Origin: Mobula hypostoma
Taxonomy: Eukaryota
Assembly: GCF_963921235.1 (NCBI RefSeq)
Contig: NC_086110.1
Coordinates: 13,640,001 to 13,704,000 of the forward strand
Direction: 5' to 3'
Length of the DNA stretch: 64,000 nucleotides
Positions 35,451 through 48,555 of this stretch are shown here, in pieces; position 1 is the first letter of the stretch; each line of letters begins with the position of its first letter. A program made the translations under genes and the position numbers. Below the pieces are notes generated by a model. That model made no database searches, had not been told where the DNA came from, and was given only the letters and a program-made list of their open reading frames with translations.

Positions 35451-36739
35451 ATCACCTTTTAAAGATTTAAACAACTCAACTGGAATCCTGTCACATCTTG
35501 CAGTCTTCTTATTGGCAATGTTTTCTAACGCCAATTCGATTTCACATTGCAGAACATCTGGCTATAGATCGATGAGCGAATCATTGCAGGCATCTTCACT
35601 GAATGAAACCTTCCTTTGATTTCTCTAATCCTCTTGAATAAATCTCTTGATCCTCCATTTCTTTTGGCGGCTTTAGCTTCTTTGCATCACTCCTTAAAGT
35701 ACGTTTGCTTATTTTTCCTTGAACCTTCTTGAAAATTGTGTTCGATTGAAGGCATTTGTCCCAATCTGTATTGGCCTTCTCTTCACTTCGCTGCTCAGCT
35801 CCTTATGGTGCTTCGGCAGAAAGCCATTTTGCTTTCATGGTCTTCTTTTTGTTTGCAATTTTCCTTTGATCCACCTGTTCTATAATGCGCATTACTTCTA
35901 TCCATAGTTCTTCTGGATTTCCCTCTGGTAGGGTTAATCCATTGAATCTGCTCTTCATATTCTTACGGGATGCTATCAACATCAAACTTTGCTGGTACAT
36001 TGGTTTTCCTGAAGTCGTCAGTTTCATTCTGAATATTGCAACAAGCAGCTTCGCCTCACTTCTACTGAATGTGTGTCTATCTCTGGCTTAAATACGCATA
36101 AGATGTCTTCCAGCTCTTCTGATTCACTACGTGGATGACCATGCCAATTTTCCAGAGGACCAATTTTGTCCCTTGCAATCCTTCCCATCTTAACATATCT
36201 GTAGAATCCTTTAGGATTCTCCTTTACCTTGTATGCTATGTCAAACTCATGCCTTCCTTTATTCTTTTAGTCCTGGTAATTTCTTTCTTAAGTATTCTCT
36301 TGCATATTGTATACTCCATAAGCACCCCATTTTCCTACATGCTCATACCTGCTATGCAGTTTTTCTTTCCATAACCAGGGTCTCAATAGCTCTTGAAAAC
36401 GAATGTTCCCGACACGTGTAATCTTTACCTTTTATTCGGACAGGCATATCCAAACTTTGTACTCTCAAAATTTCGCGTTTGTAGACCTTGCTTTTCCCAA
36501 GTATATTTTGGCAATAATTTCCTGTCCTAATCCACAATTGCCATATCCTTTCTGATACCATAAAAAAAATCACCTGTCTGCAATTTAGAATATCAACCCA
36601 CGGACTAGAGCTATTATTTTGCATATTTACTTTTAAACTAATGGAAATGTGATCACTACATACAAAGTCTTCTCTGACGCAAACTTCCGTGAAATGCCCC
36701 TTCTCATTTCCTAATAGCAGGTCAAGTATCGTTGGGACG

Positions 36740-37200
36740 TCTAATAATTATGATGATAACGACATTTGTCTCTCTCGAATGTCAATGAATTTACGGCACT
36801 GGAGTGACATCTCGAGGACACGTCTGGGTGGAAGGTATGCAGAGCTTCACATCGTCACGATCTTCCACTTGGTCTCACCGGGCTCACTGGGCTCACAGTT
36901 GCAGTACAAAGAAAATCGAAGGAATATGTTTAGCACCAGCTTGGCTGCTAGAGATGCCGGAAGGATGCTTAGTGACGTCCAGCCCCCTTAGATAGTCCAC
37001 TCTGGATTTTCTCCCTGTGTTTCATTCCGTAGGATTTATCCCCACCGTGGCTGCCCACAAGGCTGTGCATCTATTTTTCCCTATCTGTGGATCTGGTTCT
37101 CGAGCACCAGGACATGTCCACGCGCCGATGGGCCTGCGTGCAGGGCAAGACCTCCTCCCCATCCTCTGTAGCTTAGCATGCGTCCGAAATGCTTTCGGTT
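36740..37200 (-). mobile_element. Probable RTE-associated 5'/non-autonomous repeat
   Basis: ccagcttggctgctagagatgccggaaggatg-type segment; family uncertain. Confidence 0.35.
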
Positions 37201-38107
37201 TCCATTGTCATTAGCGAGGTGGCACCAGATGAGGCTTTCTGTAGAGAGGCTATGCTTTGGTAGTGGTACACTTGAACATTCAAGTCCACTAAAGTAATAA
37301 CATCACCCCTTCCCTTAATCCCATCCGCTCTGTCTCGTCTAAACAAAGGACCTCGGAATATTAAACCGTTGGTCCTGCAACTCTCGGCACAAAGTCGCGC
37401 CAGTGGCTACAATAGCACAATTCCGGGCGTTGGTCCATGCCCTGAGTTCACCGAACTTTCCCACTATACTTCTTTTATTGACATATATGCTGATCAGTAG
37501 TTAGTCACGCCATGCTCAACCTTGTGGTTCCGGACTTTATCTGAGGACTTAATGACATCTGCCTTCAGAACCTCTCCACGAACTGTTCCAACACAATCGT
37601 TCCTATGCCCTAAATTCTTGCTGCAATCTCACCGCACAGCACGAGCAAACCTCCGCGCTGGGACATTATCGCCTTGCCTCCTACACGAACTCCTCAGCCA
37701 GGTACTAAACTGTGTAATCTTTCTAATCTGGCCTCAATACCACGTGACACAGGCAGCAATCCTGAGATTACAAACCCAGAGATCCAGCACTTTAATTTAG
37801 CTCCTGACTCTGAACCCATCTTGTGGAACGTTGTCACTCACCCTGCTTATGTCGGTGGTAGCTACGTGAATGACACTTCTGGCTGTTCACGCTCACATTT
37901 AAGAATACAAAGGACTCAATCCGAAATGTCCTGGATCCTAGCATCCGGGAGGCAACATCATCGGAAATCTCGTTGTCGTCCACAGAAACTCCTTTCTGTT
38001 TTCCTAAAGAACCAACCCATGAACAGCTCGGCTCTTCCCCGCTCCCCTCCCCCTCATTCCTTCTGAGTCGCAGAGCTTGGCTCAATGCCAAAGACCCGAC
38101 TTGTGTG

Positions 38108-40617
38108 TGTCCTGGTCCGGTCCGTGAAATCCGCATTCCGGTTCACGGTCCGGTTCATCGATCGTTATTCTGGGTTTTCCTATTTCCCTTGTTCCATTGG
38201 GTGCTTTAATTGAGGCCCCTGATTCTCATTTTCGGCTGGCACATAAATACGTCTGCAAACCAAGGATTCCCGACTGGACTGTTCCCTCCCCTTCCCCATC
38301 CAAATCACCGACGGTTACCTCGGCAATTTACTTCGGCAGTTTACCTCGGCAATTTACTTCGGCAGTTTACCTCGGCGGTTAACCACGGCAGTCACCTCGG
38401 CAAGTATCCTGAACAGTCATCCCGGCACTGGGTCCAAGAAAGGATCCTTGCCCCGCGTCGAGAAAGGGTCCCGGCCCTGCGCTCCAAGAAGGGGTCCCGG
38501 CTCCGTCCCCAAGGGCCTAACCAAATCCGGTCCAAGAATCGTGTCAGACCTAGTCCAAAAGCCTTGTCCTGTGCTGGACTTCCTCGTCCTGTGCTGGAGT
38601 TCCTCTTCCTGTTCTGGATGTACCTCGTGTTGTACAAGCCACGTCCAAGTACCTCGTCTAGTCCAAGCCTAGTCCAAGAACCTCGTCCTGTCCAAGTCCC
38701 GGCTTTGTGTTCTCGTCCTATCAATGTGCCTAGTCCTGTGCAGGAGTTCCACGTCCAGTCCTGTAGCCACGTCTTGTCCTCGCCTAGATCCGGGGTCCGA
38801 GCCCGGATCAAGACCCAGGTTTCGAGTCCCTGTCCAGTCTCTGCCTCGGAGTCCTAGCCCAGGCTCCTAGTTCCAAGTTCCTTGTCCTGGTCCCGCTTTC
38901 CTAGTCTTAGTCTTAGCCCAGGCCCGCTGTCCTTATCTCGTCCAGAGCCAGTGCCCATACCGAGCGTCGTTTCCTCCTGACTCCCTTTGCTTTCCTGATA
39001 AACCTTGTCCTGTTCCTAGTACTTCAGTGTCTGTGTCTTGCATTTGGGTCCGTTCCCAACGCCCCCTTATGACAGAACAGCCCAGTCATACATCGAGCCA
39101 GCAACACAGACGCTGTCGTTTAACTCTCGCCATCCTGGGTTCCCTCCTGTTGAATAGCCCGCAACGTGCCCGAGTCATCCTTAGACCTGGAGAGCCTGTT
39201 CGGTCGCCAGGAGGTTCCCATATAGGGGGTGGGGGGTTACTATCATGGTCCGGTCCGTGAAATCCGCTTTCCGATTCACGGTCCGGTAAATCGATCCTTA
39301 TTCCTGGTTTTCCTGATTTCCCTTGTTCCATTGGCTGCCTTAATTGAGGCACCTGATTCTCATTTTGGGCTGCAAATTAAATACCTCTGCAAACCAAGGA
39401 TTTCCGGCTGGACTGTTCCCTTCCTCTCCCCATTCGAATTCCAGACAGTTAGCTCGGCAGTTAACCTCTGCAGTTTTTTGGCAAGTATCCTCAGCAGTCA
39501 TCCAGGCCCTGCGTCCAGGAAAGGGTCCAGGCCCTGCGTCCTAGAGAGGGTCCCGGCCCTGTTAAAGCATTCCGGCCCTGCGTCCTAGAAGGAGTCCCGG
39601 CCGTGCGTCCTAGGAGGGTCCCGGCTCTGCGCTCCAAGAAGGACTCCCAGTTCCGTACCCAAGGGTCTAACCAAGCCGAGTCCAAGAACGAGCAAACCTA
39701 GTCCAAGAGCCACGTACTATGCTGGTGTTCCTCTCCCTGTGTTGGAGTGCCTCGCCCTGGGCTGGAGATCCTCGTCCTGCGCTGGTGTTCGTGGTCCTGC
39801 GCTGGAGTTCCTCGCCCAGCCCAAGAGTACGTCGCCCAGCCCAGGAGTACGTCGCCCAGCCCAGGAGTACCTCGCCCAGCCCGGTGCTGGAGATTCCTCG
39901 TCCTGCGCTGGAGATTCCTCGTCCTGCGCTGGAGTCCCCTCATCCTGCGCTGGAGTCCCCTCGTCCTGCGCTGGAGTCCCCTCGTCCTGCGCTGGAGTTC
40001 CCTCGTCCTGTCCTGGAGTTCCCTCGTCCTGCGGTGGAGTTCCCTCGTCCTGCGGTGGAGTTCCCTTGTCCAGTCCTGGAGTCTGTCGTCCAGTCCAGAA
40101 GTCTCACGTCCAGTCCAGGAGTCCCTAGTACAAGCCATGTGCGAGAACCTCGTCTAGTCCAAGCTACGTCCAAGAACCTCGTTAGTCTAAGCCTAGTCCA
40201 AGAACCTCGTCCTGTCCAAGTCAAGGCTTGGTGTACTCGTCCTGTCCACGTGTCTTGTTCCACAGGAGTTCCACGTTCAGTCCTGTAGCCCAGCCAAGTC
40301 CAGTCCTGTAGCCACGTCTTGTCCTCGCCTAAATCAGGGGTCCGAGCCCGAGTCAAGACCCAGGTTCTGTGTCCCTGTCCAGTCTCTGGCTCGGAGTCCA
40401 AGCCCAGGCTCCTAGTTCCAAGTTTTATATCCTGTTCCCGCTTTCCTAGTCTTAGTCCTAGCCCAGGGCTGGTGTGCCTGTCTCGTCCAGGGCCTGTGTC
40501 CCTGCCCAGTGTCGTTTCTTCCTGACTCCCCTTGCTTTCTTGCTGAACCTTGTCCTGTTCCTAGTAGAGTGTCTGTGTCTTGCATTTCGGTCTGCCATCA
40601 ATGCCCCCCGTATAACA
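38108..40617 (+). mobile_element. Non-autonomous LTR element: LTR 38108-39074, 166-bp internal part, LTR 39241-40617
   Basis: Both LTRs start T(G/A)TC(C/A)TGGTCCGGTCCGTGAAATCCGC and end T(G/A)ACA; purine-rich PPT agggggtgggggg before LTR2; near-TSD gtgtg/ctgtg. Confidence 0.85.
39770..40075 (+). repeat. 21-bp minisatellite (CCTCGTCCTGCGCTGGAGTYC and related) inside LTR2
   Basis: 7-aa periodicity in all frames (e.g. LESPRPA, RRTRELQ). Confidence 0.92.
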
Positions 40618-41084
40618 CTGTGACTTTCCCCTGATAGGTCACTCTCTCCAACAATATCCAAAGTAGTATCCCTGCTTTTGAGGAGGATACTCTGCGCTGG
40701 CTGTTTAGATCCTTCCCCTTTCCGACTGTCGTCCAAATATGAATTGCAAATAAACATTCTGCAAGAACAATGATATTACCTGATTCGTGCTTTCAATAAG
40801 AAACAGGTAATGAAAGACGCACCTTCAGCAGTACACAGATATAGGTGACTTGCAGAACCACAGGCTGACCAGTGGCACAAGACACAAATGGCAAGTCCAT
40901 TAACCATATTCAGAAAAGGCTGAAGTACAAACTCGATGGATATCCTGGTTAGAATGCACAACTGAAAAAATGGAAGGAAATAACAGACATAGCATAACAA
41001 TCAAAGCGCAGTTAACGTAGATTAATGACCTTTTTGTGTAATTAATTGAAATTCTCGTTTTTACGCAACAATTAACATTGTTAA

Positions 41085-41850
41085 AGGTTCGGAGGTAAAA
41101 TTTAATGTCGGAGAAATGTATACTATATACATCCTGAAATGCTTTTTCTTCGCAACCAACCACGAAAACAGAGGAGTGCCCCAAAAATGAACGACAGTTA
41201 AACGTTAAAACCCCGAAGTCTCCTCCCCCCAGCTCCCCTCCCTCCCGCCCGTAAGCGGCAGTTAGCAACAATCCCCCTCTCCCCACCGGCAAGCGTGATC
41301 AAAGCAGTAGCAAAGACACAGACTTGCAGTTACCCCAAAGACTACATTTTTCACCCGATAATTCGACATGCTGCAGGCTCTCTCTCTCCTAATAAGCGAG
41401 AAATAGGTGACTACATTTTCCAAAGAGCGGGGGGACAGAAGAAACAAATCACTAGTTTACGATGTCAGAAATCCGTTACGTCGCTTTTTTGAGCTTTGTG
41501 CTTGAAGATCGCCAAGATCCCGGGTCTCCAGACCCACAACGGATGTTCCGACTCCGTCAACGACACACGGGTCTCTTGTGGCGACACCGATCCTCGATCC
41601 GCCCGTCTCCAGCTCCTGGAGATCCCATGCTTCTGAATCCGTGCCAAAGGGTAAGCCGAGACTTTGGCATGCCGAAAAGCAGCCGATTATGGAACCCCGA
41701 GAGTCCCATCCCAGAAAGAACCGTAGTCAGCGTGTAACTCCAGGTCAGGGTCTTCAAAAGAACACTGAAAGGGAAAAATAGAGATACTAACGATGGAAAA
41801 GAACTGTTTTCGAAGATGCAAGCAAATGAGTCGCTGTTGGACACCATAAC
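41085..41850 (-). mobile_element. Unclassified non-autonomous repeat, longer copy
   Basis: Homologous to 27630-28015. Confidence 0.75.
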
Positions 41851-43489
41851 TACTTAGTTCCGCCTCCTTCTTACAGATAACACGATCTAAACGAGTCTTT
41901 TAAATATATAAACGTAAAGCTTTAGAGTAAAATATACTGTGTTTGCATGGAATTACTAAACAAACCCCGTTGTTCCTCGGAATATTTACAAGCATCTTTG
42001 AAAATATCAAATAATAATTGAAATAAAAGGAAACTACCCGACGAATTCGGTGAGCCAGGTTGTGCGGGTGAATGCAGCCAGTATTTAATGTTTTGAGCTG
42101 GAGACTCGTGAGTTAGTATATAGAGGGAATATACGCATTATATTAATGTGAAAAGGAGGTGTGTGACCGGTGATAGTTGGAACCAAGCTCCTGGGGTGGA
42201 ATAGTGGAGTGTTTGCAAGCGTAGCGAGAGAAGTTTGATTCAATTTGCTCATTGCCGATTCCCGCAAAGACATATAACAACGGTCGAGTCAAACATGTTT
42301 TATTAAGATTGATTAAAGAATATATGTTGGGCAGTTAATGGGAGATAACGTTATCATCCAGGAAAACGATACCATGGGACAAATGCTGCTCAGTCGGCAG
42401 TACAAAGCGGCCTTTATTTAAGATGTTTAGTGAAACGCATTTTGCGTGTAATGCACCCTCAGAGATTCTCCGAAGCATTTTTAGCCGAGATTTCGTCCTC
42501 TGATTCTGAAATGAACTAAAGTGAGAAGCCAAGAATCAAAATCACGTCTGGTGTTCAGAGAATGAGATATCGTTTATCGTTTAATGGATTATTTATTAGT
42601 ACAGGAGTTTTTCTCATTTGATTGTAACAAATCGAAGCTTTAGAATTGGAGGCGGTGTGGAGGTATCGTTGTAGCAGCGTAGCAATCCGAGATGGCGCCC
42701 TCTCCAGGCCGTCGCAGTGACAGAATGCACTTGATTAGGATGATTTAGAGGAATTTACAAGTTTACAGATATTTAAAATCCCTGAACCCGTTATCGTTTA
42801 TGTTTACTTTCTGTTTGTATTTATTTACTTTCTTCGCCTGACTGTACTGATTTTTTTTCCAAGTAAATGTAGTACACACGTCCTTTTGCATCAGTATTAG
42901 AGAACACTTTTTTTTTTGCACAGGGCATTCACCAATGCGAGCAAATAATGACACCGGCTTGAAACGACGTTGAGCTGAGCTGAAACCAAATACGTCCTGA
43001 AAAGCACTTTAGAAAATATCACCAGCACTTCGCACGTTTGAGAAATTGTTCTACGCTTGTGACTTTGCCCTTCTGAAAAAATGAAAAACAGCTATTTGTG
43101 TTTTTAATGAGTAGATGGAAGTGACGTAGAAGGAAGTGAATAAATGATTCTCAAAGGGAAATCTATCCCAGCCAACATATTCCGCTGAACAGGTCGAAGC
43201 GGTCCACTCTTGCTTCCAAGCTTGTACGTTTCTATTATTTTCGCGAATTTATCTGTATTACTGAAACTCCTTCAGAGAATAGATTGTTGTTTGCGCAATG
43301 AGACAGAGGATTTACTTCACTGTTGGTGTTCTCTGTACCTTCTCCCCACCTTCCTGAGTCCCGCACCTTAACCACCAACCACGCTGACCTGATGAGCAAC
43401 AATAATGTATTGGTATACCAGGATGCTCACCCTGTTGTGTCACACATACATCTACCAGAACCAGAATTAAGCCGTCAATTAACTGACTA

Positions 43490-45890
43490 TTATGCTGAGG
43501 GTGGAGAGGGCACAGGAAGGATTCACTAGAATGATTCGGGGAATGAGAGGGTTAACATATGAGGAACGGTTGTCCGCTCTTGGACTGTACTCCTTGGAGC
43601 TTAGAAGAATGAGGGGAGACCTCATAGAAACACTTTGAATGTTGAAAAACATGGACCGAGTGGATGTGGCAAAGTTGTTTCCCATGATGGGGGAGTCCAG
43701 TACGAGAGGGCATGAATTAAGTATTGAACTGCGCCCATTCAGAACAGAAATGCGAAGATTTTTTTTTTAATCAGAGGGTGGTGAATCTATGGAATTTGTT
43801 GCCACGGGCAGCAGTGGAGGCCAAGTCATTGGGTGTATTTAAGGCAGAGATTGATAGGTATCTGTGTAGCCAGGGGCATCAAAGGTTATGGTGAGAAGGC
43901 GTAGGAGTGGGACTAAATGGAAGAATGGATCAGCCAATGATAAAATGGCGGAGCAGACTCGATGGGCCGAATGGCCGACTTCTGCTCCTTTGTCTTATGG
44001 TCTTATGGTCTTATGGTCTATGGCTTCTGCAGATACACGAAACACAAAGGGATAGCGACAGACAAAATTGATCACTTGAAGATCAGCGAGTTCAACACTG
44101 CTTGCATTCACTCTATCCATACTGTTCATAATTTTGTATACCTCTATCAAATCTCCCCTCATTCTTCTACGCTCCAGGGAATAAAGTCCGAACCTATTCA
44201 ACCTTTCTCAGTCACTCAGTTTCTCAAGTCCAAGCAACAATACTCCAGATTCAGCCTCACCAATGCCTTATACAACCTCACCATAACATTCCAACTCTTA
44301 TACTCAATATTTTGAGTTATAAAGGCCAATGTATCAAATACTGTCTTTACAACCCTATCTACCTGTGACGCCACTTGTAGGGAATTTTGTATCTGAATTC
44401 CCAGATCCCTCTGTTCTACTGCTCTGCTCAGTGCCTTACCATTTACCTTGTGTGTTCGACTGTGATTTGTCCTTCCAAAGTGCAATACCTCACACTTGTC
44501 TGCATTAAAATCCATCTGCCATTATAGAACAAGGAAGATAGAATAGTACAACACAGTACAGGTCCTTCGGCCCACAATGTTGTGCCGACCCTTAAACCCT
44601 GCCTCCAATATAACCTCCCACGTTAAATTCCTCCATATACCTGTCTAGTAGTCTCTTAATTTTCACTAATGTATCTGCCTCCACCGCTGACGCAGCCAGT
44701 CCAAGCACCAACCACTCTCTGAGTAAAAAACCTTCCTCTAATATCCCCCTTGAACTTCCCACCCCTTACCTTAAAGCCATGTCCTCTTCTATTGAGCAGT
44801 GTTACCCTGGGGAAGAGGCGCCGTCTATCCACTCCATCTATTCCTCTTAATATCTTGTATTCCTCTATCATGTCTCCTCTCATCCTCCTTCTCTCCAAAG
44901 AGAAAAGCCCTAGCTCCCTTAATCTCTCATCAGAACGCATACTCTCTAAACCAGGCAGCATCCTGGAAAATCTCCTCTGTACTCTTTCCAATGCTTCCAC
45001 ATCCTTCCTATAGTGAGGCGACCAGTACTGGACACAATACCCCAAGTGTGGCCTAACCAGAGTTTTATAGAGTTGCATCATTACATCGCGACTCTTAAAC
45101 TATTTCCCTCGACTTATGAAAGCTAACACCCTATATGCTTTCTTAACTACCCTATCCATTTGTGAGGTAACTTTCAGGGATCTGTGGACATGTATCCCCA
45201 GATCCCTCTGCTCCTCCACAGTACCAAGTATCCTGCCATTTACTTTGTACTCTGCCTTGGAGTTTGTCCTTCCAAAGTGTACCACTTCACACTTCTTCGG
45301 GTTGAACTCCATCTCAGGCTGTCCTGGGCCTGGAAAGCGTCCATGGGCGCTTCACGAAAATATTACCAGAAATGAAAGCATTCACAGCGAGAGGCGTCCG
45401 TTATCACAGTACCCACAGTGGATGGAGCTCATATGATCATAAAACTATAAGACGTAGGGACTGAATTAGGCCATTTGGCCCATTGAGCCTGCTCTGCCAT
45501 TTAATCAAGGATCATCGAATTTTCCTCTGAGCTCCAACATTTGCCTCCTCCCTGTATCCCTTCATGAACTGACCAATTAACAAATATATCAATCTTTACC
45601 TTAAATATATAAAGACGTCGCCTTCACAGCTGTTTGTGTTCAATAGTTACCCGGATTCTCCACCTACTGCCTAAAGAAATTACTCCTCATCTCCATTCTA
45701 AAAGGACGCCCCTCTATTTTGAGGCTGTGTCCTCTCGTCGCAGACTCGCCCATCATAGGAGATATCCTGTCCATTCTATTCACTCTATCAAGACCCTTCA
45801 TTATCTGAGAGGTTTCAATAACGTTACCCCTCGTTCTTCTGAATTCTAGTTAATATAGTCCCAGAGCCGTCGAACGCTCTTCATATGAGG
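43490..45890. mobile_element. Cluster of CR1 3' fragments (plus 43490-44012; minus 44060-44525, 44525-45316, 45440-45890)
   Basis: ORFs 43995-44201, 44216-44515, 44656-45081 and 45100-45312 (LERRRMRGDLIE, LVRPHLGYCVQYWSP); (tcttatgg)n tail at 43992. Confidence 0.9.
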
Positions 45891-46554
45891 GGTGGGGGGG
45901 GGGCGGATACCGCGAGTGATCTCAATCAAACATGCCAGATAATGAGAAGCCCAAGGAGAGTAGACGTGGAGAGGTGTCTGTTTTCGAGTCCGAGACTAGG
46001 ATCGAAGTTTACAGATGCACATTGAAAGGATATGCGTTGGAATTAGCAAGAATTTCTTCTTGGCAGAGGGTGATGAATCTGTGGAACTTGCTGCCAGAGC
46101 AGGCTGCGGGGGCTAAGTTTTTGGACGTATTTAAGGCAGAGATTGAAATGTTCTTGACTGGTAATGCATTTAAAGGTTACGAGTAGAAGACGGGAGAACA
46201 GGATTGAAAAATATCAGACTGAATTCAACGGCAGAGCAGAATGGATGAGCTAAGTTTCCTCACCTGTTCTCATAATATTATGGTCATTGCAGAACTTAAA
46301 CTTGCTCATGACAGGTCTTTGACGGAATTATAGTGAGGCGTAAAGAATTTGTTGGATCAATAGTCAACGACCAGAATTTTGTTATCTATTTGTAGATTGC
46401 CCAAAATAGAATGCAACCAAAATGAATCACTTCTTTTTCCTTTCGTATTTCAGCATTGCTGTCCTTAAAGGCAGTTAAACTAATCAGACTCAAAAGCTTT
46501 CACGTATTGCTACAAATGGAATCTATTTATCAGTTCAATTACTATTTATTTATT

Positions 46555-48350
46555 TTGGATGTCCAGTCCCTATATACTTCCATCCCCCATCAGGAACGTC
46601 TGAAAGCTCTGCGCTTCTCTTTGGATTCCAGACCTAATCAGTTCCCCTCTACAACCACTCTGCTCTGTCTAGCGGAATTAGTCCTTAGTCTTAATAATTT
46701 CTCCTTTGGCTCCTCCCACTTCCTCCAAACTAAAGGTGTAGCTATGGGCACCCGTATGGGTCCTAGATATGCCTGCCTATTTGTCGGGTTTGTGGAACAA
46801 TCTATGTTCCGTGCCTATTCTGGTATCTGTCCCCCACTTTTCCTTCGCTACATCGACGACTGCATTTGCGCTGCTTCCTGCACGCATGCAGAGCTCGTTG
46901 ACTTTATTAACTTTGCCTCCAACTTTCACCCTGCCCTCAAGTTTACCTGGTCCATTTCCGACACCTCTCTCCCCTTTCTAGATCTTTCTGTCTCTGTCTA
47001 TGGAGACAGCTTATCCACTGATGTCTACTATAAGCCTACTGACTCCCACAGCTATCTGGACTATTCCTCTTCTCACCCTGTCTCCCGCAAAAATGCCATC
47101 CCCTTCTCGCAATTCCTCCGTCTCTGCCGCATCTGCTCTCAGGATGAGGCTTTTCATTCTAGGATGAGGGAGCTGTCCTCCTTTTTTAAAGAAAGGGGCT
47201 TCCCTTCCTGCACTATCAACTCTGCTCTTAAACGCATCTCCCCCATTTCACGTACATCTGCTCTCACTCCATCCTCCCGCCACCCCACTAGGAATAGGGC
47301 TCCCCTGGTCCTCACCTACCACCCCACCAACCTCTGGATCCAACATATTATTCTCCGTAACTTCCGCCACCTCCAATGGGATCCCACCACTAAGCACATC
47401 TTTCCCTCCCCCGCTCTCTCTGCCTTCTGCAGGGATCGCTCCCTACGCGATCCCCTTGTCCATTCGTCCCCCTCCCCCCCATCCCTCCCCACTGATCTCC
47501 CTCCTGGCACTTATCCGTGTAAGCGGAACAAGTGCTACACATGCCCTTACACTGCCTCCCTTACCACCATTCAGGGCCCCAAACAGTCCTTCCAGGTGAG
47601 GCAACACTTCACCTGTGGGTCGGTTGGGGTGATATACTGCGTCCGGTGCTCCCGATGTGGCCTTTTATATATTGGCGAGACCCGACGCAGACTGGGAGAC
47701 CACATTGCTGAACACCTACGCTCTGTCTTCCAGAGAAAGCAGGATCTCCCAATGGCTACGCATTTTAATTCCACATCCCATTCCCATTCTGACATGTCTA
47801 TCCACGGTCTCCTCCACTGTAAAGATAAAGCCACACTCAGGTTGGAGGAACAACACCTTATATTCCGTCTGGGTAGCCTCCAGCCTGATGGCATGAACAT
47901 CGACTTCTCTAACTTCCGCTAATGCCCCACCTCCCCCTCGTACGCCATCTGTTACTTATTTTTATACACACATTCTTTCTCTCACTCTGCTTTTTCTCCC
48001 TCTGTCCCTCTGAATATACCCCTTGCCCATCCTCTGGGTCCCCCCCCCCCCCGCGTCTTTCTTCCCGGACATCCTGTCCCATGATCCTCTCGTATCCTTT
48101 TGCCAATCACCTGTCCAGCTCTTGGCTCCATCCCTCCCCCTCCTGTCTTCTCCTATCATTTTCGATCTCCCCCTTCCCCTCCAACTTGCAAATCTCTTAC
48201 TCACTCTTCCTTCAGTTGGTCCTGACGAAGGGTTTCGGTCTGAAACGTCGACTGCACCTCTTCCTAGAGATACTGCCTGGCCTGCTGCGTTCACCAGCAA
48301 CTTTGATGTGTGTTGCTTGAATTTCCAGCATCTGCAGAATTCCTGTTGTT
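46555..48350 (+). mobile_element. Penelope-like element, 5'-truncated, with open RT + GIY-YIG frame to the stop at 47922
   Basis: DVQSLYTSIPH, KGVAMGTRMGP, RYIDD, GVIYCVRCSRCGLLYIGETRRRLGDHIAEH; terminal repeat to ~48350. Confidence 0.95.
48218..48253 (+). ncRNA. Minimal type I hammerhead ribozyme motif in the Penelope terminal repeat
   Basis: GGTC-CTGACGA-AGG(gtttcgg)TCT-GAAA-C-GTC^-GACT. Confidence 0.7.
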
Positions 48351-48555
48351 TACTATTTATTTATTTCCATTTTTAATTGTATTATGTTCCACGTTCATTA
48401 TTTGTCAATATTTCTCTGCAGTTTTTATTGGTTCTATTGAATTTCTCAGGTGTATTTTAAATGCATGCAAGGAAATGAATCTCAAGATTGTATATGGTGA
48501 TATATACATACTTTAAAAATATAGATACTTCCAACTTCGAACTTTTGAAAACTTT
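48350..48555 (+). mobile_element. SINE/LINE-type 3' tail
   Basis: gaaatgaatctcaagattgtatatggtgatatatacata...aacttcgaacttttga. Confidence 0.5.

Larger units (their letters stand above)
33202..36640 (-). mobile_element. RTE-BovB-like LINE, 5'-truncated, with nested insertions
   Basis: DFVFLRSEISIDGNCSHEIKQRLLL...KIRMVKSMVFPVVLNGCESWTI; DRIPVELFKSLKGD; 3' end rev-comp gttgttcagtcgttaagtcgagtcagactc. Confidence 0.88.
37240..40745 (-). mobile_element. CR1 ORF1/endonuclease fragment split by a two-LTR element
   Basis: ORF 37834-38136 carries a degenerate GDS/SGNH esterase segment; CR1 resumes at 40618. Confidence 0.75.

Noticed and set aside
38210-40401. Long overlapping ORFs in several frames (up to 215 aa)
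   Set aside because: By-products of GC-rich LTR minisatellites; periodic low-complexity peptides on both strands
42335-42532. Minus-strand ORF with GRFV as a V-domain relic
   Set aside because: No B- or F-strand cysteines, no conserved Trp, no DxGxYxC motif
46456-46554. N-terminal ~33 codons of the 488-aa ORF as part of Penelope or a host fusion
   Set aside because: AT-rich flank that happens to be open; element homology starts at DVQSLY
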